Source: an uncultured bacterium (GTDB lineage: Bacteria; Babelota; Babeliae; Babelales; Babelaceae). Taken from it: a DNA stretch of 64,000 nt. Positions 1 through 9,900 of the stretch are shown piece after piece. Position 1 is the stretch's first letter, and each line of letters opens with the position of its first letter. A program made the translations under genes and the position numbers. Below the pieces are notes generated by a model that saw nothing but the letters and a program-made list of their open reading frames with translations, made no database searches and was not told where the DNA came from. Location: contig CAWFXL010000001.1 in the NCBI GenBank assembly GCA_963819815.1, positions 1,088,001 through 1,152,000 of the forward strand. The letters run 5' to 3'.

Positions 1-1
1 A

Positions 2-616
2 CTCACTTGGCGGATGGATACTATTGAAGATATAGGTTGGGCTGGTCTTATTGCTCCAATACTTCTATCACACGGGATCAGAACGCTTCGAATAGCCTCG
101 TCGGAGCATTGGAGTCTAAGAAACCCTTCCGCTTCCCACCCGTACATTGATGGCAATATACGCTTTGCAGGACTTGAGTTCCAGCATGACCTCTTCTCAA
201 TGACTCGCTTTGAAAAAATTAAGTATATAGTCGATCTCTGTAACCAAGGCCTCGTACAAAAGCCCAAGCTCATTATCTGCCAGAAGCCAGGTAATATTAT
301 AACCTGTGGTTCATGCGAAAAGTGTTGTCTTACCCTTGCATTACTCCTCAGTACTGGAGCTAATCCGCAAGAATATGGATTCTCTCTTTCTCCCGAGAGA
401 GCTGCTGACCGCGTACAAAAATACCTTGCCAAGCACACCTCTTTTCTCGCTCCAAACCTTTGGGACTACAAAGATCTTCAAAAAAGAATCTTACCAAACT
501 CGAATGAGCATCTTTCCTGGCTCAAAAATATCGATTTCTCAAAGAAGGTAGTTTTTGCAAAGGACTCATCTCCCATAAACTGGGATACATTAAGTGTCTT
601 ATTTCCTCATATATGA
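2..616 (+). CDS. C-terminal part (5' end outside window) of a PP-loop-family protein, paralog of 6329..7693 and 7884..9278
   Basis: Shares RIASS-x-W, SA(S/N)(H/P)PxID, HD-x-F-x-x-R-x-x-K, C..CxKC and GAxPxxYGF motifs with the two full paralogs. Confidence 0.75.
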   Translation, partial: LTWRMDTIEDIGWAGLIAPILLSHGIRTLRIASSEHWSLRNPSASHPYIDGNIRFAGLEFQHDLFSMTRFEKIKYIVDLCNQGLVQKPKLIICQKPGNIITCGSCEKCCLTLALLLSTGANPQEYGFSLSPERAADRVQKYLAKHTSFLAPNLWDYKDLQKRILPNSNEHLSWLKNIDFSKKVVFAKDSSPINWDTLSVLFPHI

Positions 617-972
617 GAAGATTTAAGATACTGGGTTATCTGGCTGTAGTGTTGCCTGTCTTCGTATATGTACCAAAGTAATTTGTCCTCTAATATTCGG
701 GTTTAGGCACCTTTGCTATCTCCCCTTAAGGGAATGTGCGCGAGGCTTCCTAGCTTCCAGTTTCTGGCGGTGCCGCTCGTATTCTTTTCAGCATGCTTTG
801 CTTGGGTCTGGATAAGCTGCCATTATTGCTTTTTACTAAATAATCCTATTGATAAATCACAATTTTATAAAACTCTTGTTTGCGAATAAAACTATCAGCT
901 ATAATGATAGCATCATAACCACAACAGTGGAAAGAGGTTAGACATGCTCAAAGCTAAGCACGGGAGAAGTTT

Positions 973-1803
973 ATGTTGCGACAATTAATTACATTAATGA
1001 TCTGTTTTTCATGGTTTGTTTCTGCATTTGGAGAAACTCTAGATAGCATCGAATTTGTCTTTGTTATTCCATCATTCAATAATGAAAAATATTATGAGAA
1101 AAATCTCGATTCAATTTGTTATCAAGCTTCAACCCGACCATACCAGGTAATATACGTCAATGATTGCTCATCAGACAGGACTGGAGAGTTAGTTGATGCA
1201 TATGTTAAGCAACGTAATTTGGAAGATAAAGTACAAGTGATTCATAATAAAGAACGCCTTGGAAGTGGAGTCGCCAATATATATAATGCGATACATTCCT
1301 ATGTAGAGGATCATATAATTGTTGTGTTAGTAGATGGAGACGATACATTACCCCATAATAATATACTTACAATTCTTGAAAGTTATTACAAAAATCCTGA
1401 TGTTTGGGTGACGCATAGTAAAATTAAGAAAATCCCCACAGGTGACATTCTAGGTGAACCTGTACCTCAATGGATGTATGAGAGTGGTCAGCTTCGAGAG
1501 GAAATTCGCTGGCACCACCTGACTGGATTAAGAGCTTTTAGAGCCGCCTTATTCAAAAAGGTTTTCAAAGAAGATCTTTTTTACAAAGGTAAATTTATGA
1601 CGGTAAATTGGGATTATGGCTTTTACCTTCCGATGATTGAAATGAGTGGCCCAAATCATTATTTCTTCATAAATGAAATTCTCTATCTCTATCAAGTTGA
1701 TACGGGCATAAATGACTTTACAGTAAGAAGATATCTACAGGATGAGGTAGATTCTTATATAAGACAACTTAAGAAATATACTCAAATTTCAAAATTATTT
1801 TAG
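973..1803 (+). CDS. Glycosyltransferase family 2 with N-terminal signal/anchor
   Basis: VIPSFNNE, YVNDCSSD and VDGDD GT-A motifs; RBS GGGAG upstream. Confidence 0.9.
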   Translation: MLRQLITLMICFSWFVSAFGETLDSIEFVFVIPSFNNEKYYEKNLDSICYQASTRPYQVIYVNDCSSDRTGELVDAYVKQRNLEDKVQVIHNKERLGSGVANIYNAIHSYVEDHIIVVLVDGDDTLPHNNILTILESYYKNPDVWVTHSKIKKIPTGDILGEPVPQWMYESGQLREEIRWHHLTGLRAFRAALFKKVFKEDLFYKGKFMTVNWDYGFYLPMIEMSGPNHYFFINEILYLYQVDTGINDFTVRRYLQDEVDSYIRQLKKYTQISKLF

Positions 1804-1843
1804 ATATTAAAGAACCTGGATTTTTTACAAGAAAGGACAAGAA

Positions 1844-2674
1844 GTGAAGAGTTTTTTTATTCTGATGTTTATTACTATGCTACCAAATTTATTATTCGGT
1901 AGAGATGACGAACGAAGTCTATGTGAATTTGTCCTGATAATACCTTCATTCAATAATGAAAAATATTATAAAGAAAATCTAGACTCAGCTTGTTGGCAAT
2001 GTTCTACAAATCCCTACCATATATATTACATTAATGATGCTTCGACAGATGCAACCGGACGACTTGTTGCAGAGTATATTAAAGAAAATGGACTAGAAGA
2101 CAAAATTACTTTGGTAAATAATGAGCAAAATATAGGTGGAGCAGCTAATATCTACAACACTATCTATAAGTATATCGAGGATAACAAAATAGTAGTCTTG
2201 CTTGATGGGGATGATCTATTTCCTCATGACAATGTGCTTCTTACACTTGAAAAGTACTATCGCGATCCTGACATATGGCTGACACATGGCGTTTATGAAA
2301 CTATCCCCGGAAAGGACAAACTTGGATATAAGATATCAGATGAAATTTGTAAAAATAATCAAATAAGAGAAAAGGCATGGGCCACTCATCTCAAAACTTT
2401 TAAAGCTGGTCTTTTTAAGAAAATTAGAACGGAAGATTTCTATTATGAAGGCGAGCTCGCGAGGGTCGCTTGGGATCTTGCAATGATGTTGCCTATGCTT
2501 GAGATGTGCAATTCTCCCAAGAAAAAACACTGGGCCTTCACTTGGGAAGTATTATATCTTTATCGTACCAACAATCCCATCAGTGAATTTAGAATTAGAC
2601 CTAAATTAGAGCTCGATGCAGCATACTATATTAGGAGCTTGCCTCCTTACGAACCTCTTGACGTGCTTAATTAA
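1844..2674 (+). CDS. Glycosyltransferase family 2, paralog of 973..1803
   Basis: IIPSFNNE, YINDASTD, LDGDD; GTG start with AAGGA RBS; hydrophobic N-terminus. Confidence 0.9.
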   Translation: MKSFFILMFITMLPNLLFGRDDERSLCEFVLIIPSFNNEKYYKENLDSACWQCSTNPYHIYYINDASTDATGRLVAEYIKENGLEDKITLVNNEQNIGGAANIYNTIYKYIEDNKIVVLLDGDDLFPHDNVLLTLEKYYRDPDIWLTHGVYETIPGKDKLGYKISDEICKNNQIREKAWATHLKTFKAGLFKKIRTEDFYYEGELARVAWDLAMMLPMLEMCNSPKKKHWAFTWEVLYLYRTNNPISEFRIRPKLELDAAYYIRSLPPYEPLDVLN

Positions 2675-2978
2675 AGCACAGACGCCATCGTGCTATTGGT
2701 AGTATTGTGCAATTGGTATTGATGATATAGATTATTGATTACTGCTCAATAACTTGTAGGAATTCTTTTCTAATTGGCTGAATAATATTTTGGGCCTACA
2801 CATTGAGCATTCTTTAGTTTGAATAAGTATGGAATTCTATTAGTTTGATTTTAAGTAAACAGTAGCTTAGACTTTCCAGCTAACTTTCATCTTTCTCTGA
2901 GAGCATCAGCTATATGTTTTGTTTCCGTAATATTTTTTGCTGCTGGCATATTTAAGCAAATTTATTTAGGCTTTAACC

Positions 2979-3170
2979 ATACAAAGAAAGTCACGCCTTA
3001 AAAAGAGTCAACTTTTCAAAACTTGTGGAACATTTCGTAGCTGGATCAACAATACAACGGCTGATCTGATAGGCATAAACAGATATACCGCTACTAATTA
3101 TCCTTTTCGGGAAATTATAGCCTTGAAAATTGAAGATGAATCTCCTGTTAAAGTTGGTAAAACTCCTTAT
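2979..3170 (+). mobile_element. Degraded IS1595-family (IS1016-like) transposase N-terminal relic
   Basis: Across two frameshifts reads QRKSRLKKSQLFK / KLVEHFVAGST / TTADLIGINRYTATNYPFREIIA...VGKTP, resembling the IS1016-type N-terminal HTH region; start codon appears mutated to ATA. Confidence 0.65.
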
Positions 3171-3247
3171 GCAATATCACTTCTAGCAAGAAATTAGCCG
3201 ATTGGGATTGCTAAAAAAACTCCGGAAAAAAGATTTAGAAAAGCTGG

Positions 3248-3985
3248 CTAGTAAAGCAGAGGAATATAGGGATGTAAGCGCGCGAGATTACATGATTTTG
3301 AAAATTTCCGCGCATATAATACTTTTTCATCGATGGCTTTTAAAATTTTGATGAAATAAGGGTCTGTATCAAGGTCTTTAAAAAAGTGCGGGTGAAAAGC
3401 TCCCTTTTTCTCCCATATAACAAGAGTTGCACTATTGTTTACTACCTCATGGAGTACATTATTATGAGCCAAGAGCGTTGCAGGGTAATGCTCCTGGTCA
3501 TGTGGGTAATGCTCAAAGAGCCTAATATATTTTTCATCGTTAACCATTAAAGTAGCATGGTTTCTGTTGAGGACAATCCATTGCGAGTTTTTATATATAT
3601 CTGACAGGGGGCCAAATCTTCTGTTACCGTGAGGATTTTTTCTGTAGGTAAACTCACTATAAGGATGCCTTAAAAGTTTTACATAGGCTTCTTCGAAGGT
3701 CGAGAGTGGTATGGTAGATTCGGACAAAAATACAAATTTTTCATTATGAGTGTCTTTGAGAGCTGCCTTAAGTAGAGCTATCTGGGCTTTCATGGTATTT
3801 GCCCACGTCGTCTGAACCCTTTCTTGGATAATTGTAGGAGTAAAAAAAGAGTTGGCATCTAATCCGCTAGCAGTATGCACATATAACGAATAGTATTCTT
3901 GATAACCTTCAAAATATTTAATCCATGCAGCCTCGTGAAAGATATTTCCTACCGTCAGAAAAAGGAATGCGATTTTCGGTACCAT
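3248..3985 (-). CDS. Core-2/I-branching beta-1,6-GlcNAc transferase-like protein (GT14/Branch domain)
   Basis: PKIAFLFLT, SLYVH, FVFLSESTIPL, SQWIVLNRNHA, DQEHYP and YARKF motifs; AGGAG RBS before ATG at 3985. Confidence 0.85.
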   Translation of the reverse strand: MVPKIAFLFLTVGNIFHEAAWIKYFEGYQEYYSLYVHTASGLDANSFFTPTIIQERVQTTWANTMKAQIALLKAALKDTHNEKFVFLSESTIPLSTFEEAYVKLLRHPYSEFTYRKNPHGNRRFGPLSDIYKNSQWIVLNRNHATLMVNDEKYIRLFEHYPHDQEHYPATLLAHNNVLHEVVNNSATLVIWEKKGAFHPHFFKDLDTDPYFIKILKAIDEKVLYARKFSKSCNLARLHPYIPLLY

Positions 3986-4127
3986 GAGTAAGCTCCTGAT
4001 GATGGTTGAGGAATTGTCACAGAACAACTATCAATATAGTGATGCTTTAAGCCTTAAATTGCGATGTACAACTACCTGCACAATTGATAAGGCTCAAAAA
4101 TCCACATCGCGTCTTTTGAGTTATCCT

Positions 4128-5162
4128 TTAGATAGCACTTTCAGGAAGATAACTTTTAAGGAATGCCTCTCTAACACCCTCAATTTTTGTTTTCCAGTAA
4201 GCTACATAAAGCCTTTCAATATTATACGTTTTTGAGGAGATCTCTTCGTACTTCTGTAATAAAAATTGAGGAGTTATACTTTCCCATTCATCAATAATAA
4301 GAATGGGTAAATCTTCATAGAGGGTATCAAGTTGGCTTCCCTTAGGCGAAGAAAGTGTCGATTTCTGTCCAGGATCAGCCATGTCATCATCCCCCACTAT
4401 CAATGCATCAAATTGACAACGTTTTACTACAGGTATTGTGCCTACAAGAAGCGCTTCCCACGTTCTATAACAATCTGGGCCCCACCCGCGAGGAGACAGG
4501 GCAAACTTGTAGTGGGCCATCTCCTCAAGATAATCTTTAAAAGGAATAAAAGCTTGTCGTATAGTAAAGTCGCAACATTCCTTAAAAAGCTTTTCCACAA
4601 AATGGCGTTCAGGATTTTGTTCGCTTGACCAATTTAGATACGCTAGCTCCTTCTTAGGAATAGCACGACACTTTTTAATACAGTCATGAAGATCTGGTTC
4701 CTTATATTCCTTTTGAGAAATACCTATCGGAAGAGGAAAAAATTTCTTATGACCTTGCTTGGGAGGATGGATACTAAACCATGCAATAATTTTACTATCT
4801 TCAAGAAACGTCAAGTGATATTCCATGCATGTATCACGGAACTCACCATGAGTTATTATGATATAGGGCACCATTATTTTAGGATGCATTTCCTCAAAAA
4901 ACTTTTCAAGATCCCGCACAAAAATAATATCACCAGTCTTTACATCAGGAGGATTGAAGCTAACTCCGCCTGGCTCTAAACTTGTTGGATGAGCCCAGGA
5001 TATCGTCCTAGGATCATAGACATGGTTACATATTTTTTGAAACCCCCATCGAATGATAAAATCATCGCCATCATAAGGGGTATAGGTAATACAAAAACTC
5101 ATAAAAGATACAGAAACTGCAACATACGTAATTGCAAAAATTCTTCTAAAAATCGGTACCAT
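4128..5162 (-). CDS. Exostosin/GT47-like glycosyltransferase with signal/anchor
   Basis: FALSPRGWGPDCYRTWEALLVGTIPVV and LYEDLPILIIDEW motifs. Confidence 0.8.
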   Translation of the reverse strand: MVPIFRRIFAITYVAVSVSFMSFCITYTPYDGDDFIIRWGFQKICNHVYDPRTISWAHPTSLEPGGVSFNPPDVKTGDIIFVRDLEKFFEEMHPKIMVPYIIITHGEFRDTCMEYHLTFLEDSKIIAWFSIHPPKQGHKKFFPLPIGISQKEYKEPDLHDCIKKCRAIPKKELAYLNWSSEQNPERHFVEKLFKECCDFTIRQAFIPFKDYLEEMAHYKFALSPRGWGPDCYRTWEALLVGTIPVVKRCQFDALIVGDDDMADPGQKSTLSSPKGSQLDTLYEDLPILIIDEWESITPQFLLQKYEEISSKTYNIERLYVAYWKTKIEGVREAFLKSYLPESAI

Positions 5163-5216
5163 TTTCTCTCCCTGCTTCCACAAGCATGTTTTTTCAAGTA
5201 TTAGTTTTCATAATTT

Positions 5217-6317
5217 TCATTTCACACTTCCCGTATATGGGTAATCTGACAAGACCACATAAGCGTCGTTACATACTCCTTGTAAGACGTTAATTTTTTC
5301 GATATGTTCTATGTCCTGTTCATACCCTTCCTTTTTAAGTAACCAAAATCCCGCTTGAGACCCTGCTAGAGCGCCCACAAGAGTAGCATATAACTCATTA
5401 TCTCCACCTGCATGAACACTATCCATAAGCGATCCCCCAAAATTTCGGTCGTATCTCATTAAACAATATATTATACCCCCAAGTACTTCAGCTGACTTAT
5501 ATCCTTGCCAACTTCCAGATAAAGTTTTATAGCCTATCCTTGTACCAAGGACTTCTTTGGGCTTGGCACCACTTTCGGCTTTCTTAAGAGCATTGCGAAT
5601 ATATTCGCTTGGACGACTTTCAAGACGTTTTAGTTTAAACATGGTCTCATATTTTTCTGCAGTCGAAGTCATAATGCTGATAACCTTTTCAATTGAATCT
5701 CCTCGTGTTGAACATGCTAATCCTACCGCAAGAACAATCCCTGTTATTCTCGTTAAAGGATTATTGTCAGTAAGCTGAATTTGCAAATCAGCTATTCTCT
5801 CTACATACTCTAAATTATCAAGGAATACTATTCCTACAGGAAGCGCTCTTACCAGTGCGCGTGCATTTACTTTCGCGTCAACTTCTCCTTTATTTTTGGG
5901 CGTGAAGTGGCGAGAATTATAAAAACAGTCAGATGACGCAGCACTAAGCAACTTAGTAAGCGATTTTGAGCATAGATCTGAGATGCGCTTCGGGCTATAG
6001 TTTAGACGTCGACCTTCTATGAGACTTTCAAGTTGATTCATAAGAATAAGAGTATTTTCTGTTCCAATTCCTATGCCAACTTTTTTTGAATCATAGACCC
6101 AATCTTCTATACTGAAATCTTTAAAAGACGTTATAGGCTTGAGAAGGTCCACCAGATTCGAGCGATTAGTAGCCACTCGGGCATATGCATCACCTAATGC
6201 GGCTCCCATAAGTGCTCCTTTGATGTGAGATTGAACTAACACATCGATAGCATTACAATTATTAAAAGATAGCAATATCACCTGTATGCTAATCAATAAG
6301 CAAATGCTGGTCCTCAT
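5217..6317 (-). CDS. ADP-ribosylglycohydrolase-family protein with signal peptide and degenerate metal sites
   Basis: KGALMGAALGDA, NARALVRALPVG and GGDNELYATLVGALAG resemble the DraG/ARH fold motifs. Confidence 0.75.
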   Translation of the reverse strand: MRTSICLLISIQVILLSFNNCNAIDVLVQSHIKGALMGAALGDAYARVATNRSNLVDLLKPITSFKDFSIEDWVYDSKKVGIGIGTENTLILMNQLESLIEGRRLNYSPKRISDLCSKSLTKLLSAASSDCFYNSRHFTPKNKGEVDAKVNARALVRALPVGIVFLDNLEYVERIADLQIQLTDNNPLTRITGIVLAVGLACSTRGDSIEKVISIMTSTAEKYETMFKLKRLESRPSEYIRNALKKAESGAKPKEVLGTRIGYKTLSGSWQGYKSAEVLGGIIYCLMRYDRNFGGSLMDSVHAGGDNELYATLVGALAGSQAGFWLLKKEGYEQDIEHIEKINVLQGVCNDAYVVLSDYPYTGSVK

Positions 6318-6328
6318 TGAAAACTCCT

Positions 6329-7693
6329 TCAAAGTTGTTTACTCATTACTGTGGGAATATTAAATGTCTTTGGTACAAGGTCTTTATAATTTTGCCAATA
6401 AAGTAGGTTCTTTTCCTTGATATACTCATTTTTAATCAGCTTCTTAAAATCAAGTTCCATAAACCAATCCAGATTTACACCAATTGATTCTTTTTGTAAA
6501 AGCTTGTCTTTTAATGACCGAAGCTCCCAAAGAGTCCAATAGAGCTGTTTATTCTTTAAATAATGTTGAGCTTCCTCAATAATCTGATTTTGTGAGATAT
6601 TAAATCCATATAAGCTCGGATCAGCGCCTAATGCGAACAACATGAATGCGGTTGGAATGCACTTAGAGCAATTCTGATGTAAACAATTTGCAGCATTTTT
6701 ACTATCGCATGCTTTTAATTTCGGTGCAGAATCAATAACCCCATCTGCAACCAAATTAAGCAGAAACTCTATTTTATCAGCGCGTGAATACTCAAATTGA
6801 TCATGTTCAAGTCTGAAATGACTCGCAATGCGAAGGCTATTATCTATAACTGGATTTGCTGATGAAGGCCAAGGATACTCCCAGGTATATGAAGCGGCAA
6901 TCCGTGCTAATGAATAACCCTTACTAAATAAAAGAGGCATTGCGAGACCAAAGATTCCCATTCCTTCACAAGTATCTAAGCGCCAGGAAGTAATTTCTTC
7001 GCTTAGGCTCTCAAGCCGATCCCAATTAAGGAACTCAAAAAAGTTTGACTCAATAAAGGCATTAGTAAATCCATATTTTTCAGCAAAAGCTCGTATATCT
7101 TTTTCTCTTTCCTCCCAAAGAACAGCATTCCCTAAAGGAACATCCCACTGGCCTCGGACTGTTATTAGAAGTAGCTTCTTATCAAGATTTGAAAGAGCAG
7201 AGGTTGTTGAATCAAGACCTCCACTAAAAAAAAGGGCCAATTCCTTTTCCCGATCTTTTAAATGTTCCTGAGAAATATTCTTTACTAATGCTCTTGGAAT
7301 TAGTCGACCATTCCATGAGGTATCTGGATACATGCGGGATAGCACTTTTTTTATCCTGATAAGAGAATAATGGAGATCTTCATCCATGGTATCTATATAA
7401 TAGTCTTCCCCCGAAATCCAGATTATGGAAATAATATTAAGTATGAAAGGTATGGTAACAATTGATTGGTTAAACAGGGTCAGATCCATTTCGGGCTCAT
7501 TATAGGTAACAAAGAAGTTATCCTTGAGATATTCTTTTTTAAACCCTTCCTCAACCTCTATAGATACCTTATTTTTCTCTACAATCATCTTGGAAATAAT
7601 ATTTTTTCCATCTTGCATTATATAAGCAAGTACTTGAGAGCCCCCAAGGGAGCTCATAATAAGCGTGCTATAAAATAATTTTGTTAGCTTCAA
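6329..7693 (-). CDS. PP-loop (adenine nucleotide alpha hydrolase-like) protein with signal peptide and C-terminal Cys cluster
   Basis: ALFFSGGLDSTTS motif; C-x7-C-x4-CSKC; signal-peptide-like N-terminus. Confidence 0.7.
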   Translation of the reverse strand: MKLTKLFYSTLIMSSLGGSQVLAYIMQDGKNIISKMIVEKNKVSIEVEEGFKKEYLKDNFFVTYNEPEMDLTLFNQSIVTIPFILNIISIIWISGEDYYIDTMDEDLHYSLIRIKKVLSRMYPDTSWNGRLIPRALVKNISQEHLKDREKELALFFSGGLDSTTSALSNLDKKLLLITVRGQWDVPLGNAVLWEEREKDIRAFAEKYGFTNAFIESNFFEFLNWDRLESLSEEITSWRLDTCEGMGIFGLAMPLLFSKGYSLARIAASYTWEYPWPSSANPVIDNSLRIASHFRLEHDQFEYSRADKIEFLLNLVADGVIDSAPKLKACDSKNAANCLHQNCSKCIPTAFMLFALGADPSLYGFNISQNQIIEEAQHYLKNKQLYWTLWELRSLKDKLLQKESIGVNLDWFMELDFKKLIKNEYIKEKNLLYWQNYKDLVPKTFNIPTVMSKQL

Positions 7694-7883
7694 CTTTTCT
7701 CCCTTTTATCCCACGCTGAGTTCATTAAAAATAGCTATAAGTAATTCTTAATGCCATAATAAACAAGTTCATAATATTGATTAGAATTAACATATCATGG
7801 GCAGTGACACGATTGCAATACCTTTGTAAATAATTTTGAAATGCAATAAAATGCCCACATGAAGCAATGAAAAATTACCCGTT

Positions 7884-9278
7884 TTAAGATATTTCTATAA
7901 CAGGTACATCTGGAATTACCAGCCCTGCAGGTGCAAGGTCTTTAAATTCTTGCCAATTAACCAGATGCCTTTCTTTGCAAGGTGCTATTGAAGCAGTCAA
8001 ATCTGCTTCCATAAACCAGTTAAATTTGCTATCGTATCCCCGCTTTTTCATCTTATTCCTTAAATCTTGCAACTCCCACATAGTACTATAAAGATGAGGC
8101 CGCTCAAGATAACTTTTAGCTCTATTTATCATTTCATCAATATCCAAGGTAAACCCATACAAATGAGGATCCTCACCTAATGCTAACAACATTAAAGATG
8201 TTGGAACGCATTTAGAGCAATCATCATCATAACAATGTTCACTCTGCCTACCATCGCATATTTTTAGCTGAGGCCTCTCTATGAGACCTTTTTTGACCAG
8301 ATCAATGATAAGCTCTATCTTATCTGCCCTTGATAAATCAAATTGATCATGGTCGAATCTAAAATTATTAGCAAATAGAATATTATTGTCAATGAGAGGA
8401 TTAGCTGAGGATGGCCATGGATATGTCCATGTATAAGATGATGCAATACGGAGAACTGAATAACCTTTTAAGTAGAGAAGAGGAACAACAAGACCAAATA
8501 ACCCTATTCCTTCTGCTGTATCAAAGCGCCAGGTCTCAATTTCAGGACTTAAGCTTTCTAAAAAATCCCAATTCAGGAATTCCGAAAAATTAGAACTAAC
8601 AAAGGTACTTGAATGACCATAATGCTTTGCCAAGCTCTGGGTAGCCTTTTTTTGCCTTTCCCAGATTCCACCATCATCAAGAGGAATATTCCAGTGGCCA
8701 CGTAGCGTAATAAGCAAAATTTTGCTATCTATGCTCGATAAAGCTGAGGTCGTAGAATCAAGTCCTCCACTAAACAGCAAAGCGAATTCTTTGTTAGGGT
8801 CCTTTAAAGGCACCCTTGGCATATTTTTTACAAGTCGACCTGGGATTAAGTTCCCTTCCCACTTTGTCTTTGGATAGAGCCGTTGTAAAATTTGTTTTAC
8901 TTTAACCAGGGAATAATATAAATCGATATCCAGCGAATCAATGTAATAATTTTTACCAGAAATCAAGATAATTGAATAGACATTCATGATGAAGGGTATA
9001 ATAAGCAAAGAACTATCAAGCGAAGAAAGATCAATATCTTGCGCATAGGATACAAAAAAATCGTCTACGAGATAGTCATTTTTAAATCCATCTGCCACTT
9101 CCACCTTAATGCTGTTTTTTGTTACCAAAACATTTTTTACGAGATTAATTGCTCGCGGAAAAGCAACCCCACAGTCTTCGTATATAGAAGCTATGCATTC
9201 CCTTTTTTTTTCAATCACAGAACAAAAAACTGGTAGGCTAAGTAATGATAAAATAATAGAAAAATAGCATTGCTTCAT
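7884..9278 (-). CDS. PP-loop protein, tandem paralog of 6329..7693
   Basis: ALLFSGGLDSTTS, YPWPSSANP, CSKC; collinear with neighbour. Confidence 0.7.
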   Translation of the reverse strand: MKQCYFSIILSLLSLPVFCSVIEKKRECIASIYEDCGVAFPRAINLVKNVLVTKNSIKVEVADGFKNDYLVDDFFVSYAQDIDLSSLDSSLLIIPFIMNVYSIILISGKNYYIDSLDIDLYYSLVKVKQILQRLYPKTKWEGNLIPGRLVKNMPRVPLKDPNKEFALLFSGGLDSTTSALSSIDSKILLITLRGHWNIPLDDGGIWERQKKATQSLAKHYGHSSTFVSSNFSEFLNWDFLESLSPEIETWRFDTAEGIGLFGLVVPLLYLKGYSVLRIASSYTWTYPWPSSANPLIDNNILFANNFRFDHDQFDLSRADKIELIIDLVKKGLIERPQLKICDGRQSEHCYDDDCSKCVPTSLMLLALGEDPHLYGFTLDIDEMINRAKSYLERPHLYSTMWELQDLRNKMKKRGYDSKFNWFMEADLTASIAPCKERHLVNWQEFKDLAPAGLVIPDVPVIEIS

Positions 9279-9900
9279 CTGCTTTCCTTCATACGTAGAA
9301 ATTGTCCCCCTTCATCTTTCATAATAATATCATGATCGCATTATAAATTGCAACGGTTTATAGGAAAATTCTAAAATGGAAATAATATTCATTGATGGGC
9401 TTTTGAAAACTTCCTTTGATGGATATGCATAGATTAGTTTAGGCAGATCTCAAAGGATTGACCAAGTTGATAGGATATTGTTTTTTTAAAATTTAAATAT
9501 TTTATTTTGATTTGAAGATTTCTGCTATCTGATATTTGCGCTAAAGAAAAGTATCATAAATGGGATCGAAATTGTATGAACCTAAAAAAAAGGTTTTAAG
9601 CACTTTCGTTTATCTCAAACAAGAGGACGCATGGGGTTTAAATTTTGGGCCTCAAGAAAGCTCTTTAAAATACCCTTTCAATGGCAACCCAAGAAATAAC
9701 CTCAGTGATACCGCCCCCCCCGATAATAGTTATGTTCTTCATATTTATATTTAGGATTTTTTGAAGCAAAGAAAATCGGCTTATTATTTTGCGCTATCCC
9801 GGCTTTAGGTGGCCTAAAAAAATAGGGCACACTCATCTGAAAATTGGCTCAAATGATCATTGTGCCCTATCATTTCACATTGTATGGACAAATGCTATCT

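Noticed and set aside
617..850. Higher-GC intergenic patch, possibly a gene relic
   Set aside because: Frames I read are interrupted and show no recognisable homology
9560..9900. Short ORFs and a C-run that might be a pseudogene
   Set aside because: No similarity to in-window paralogs or known motifs that I could identify
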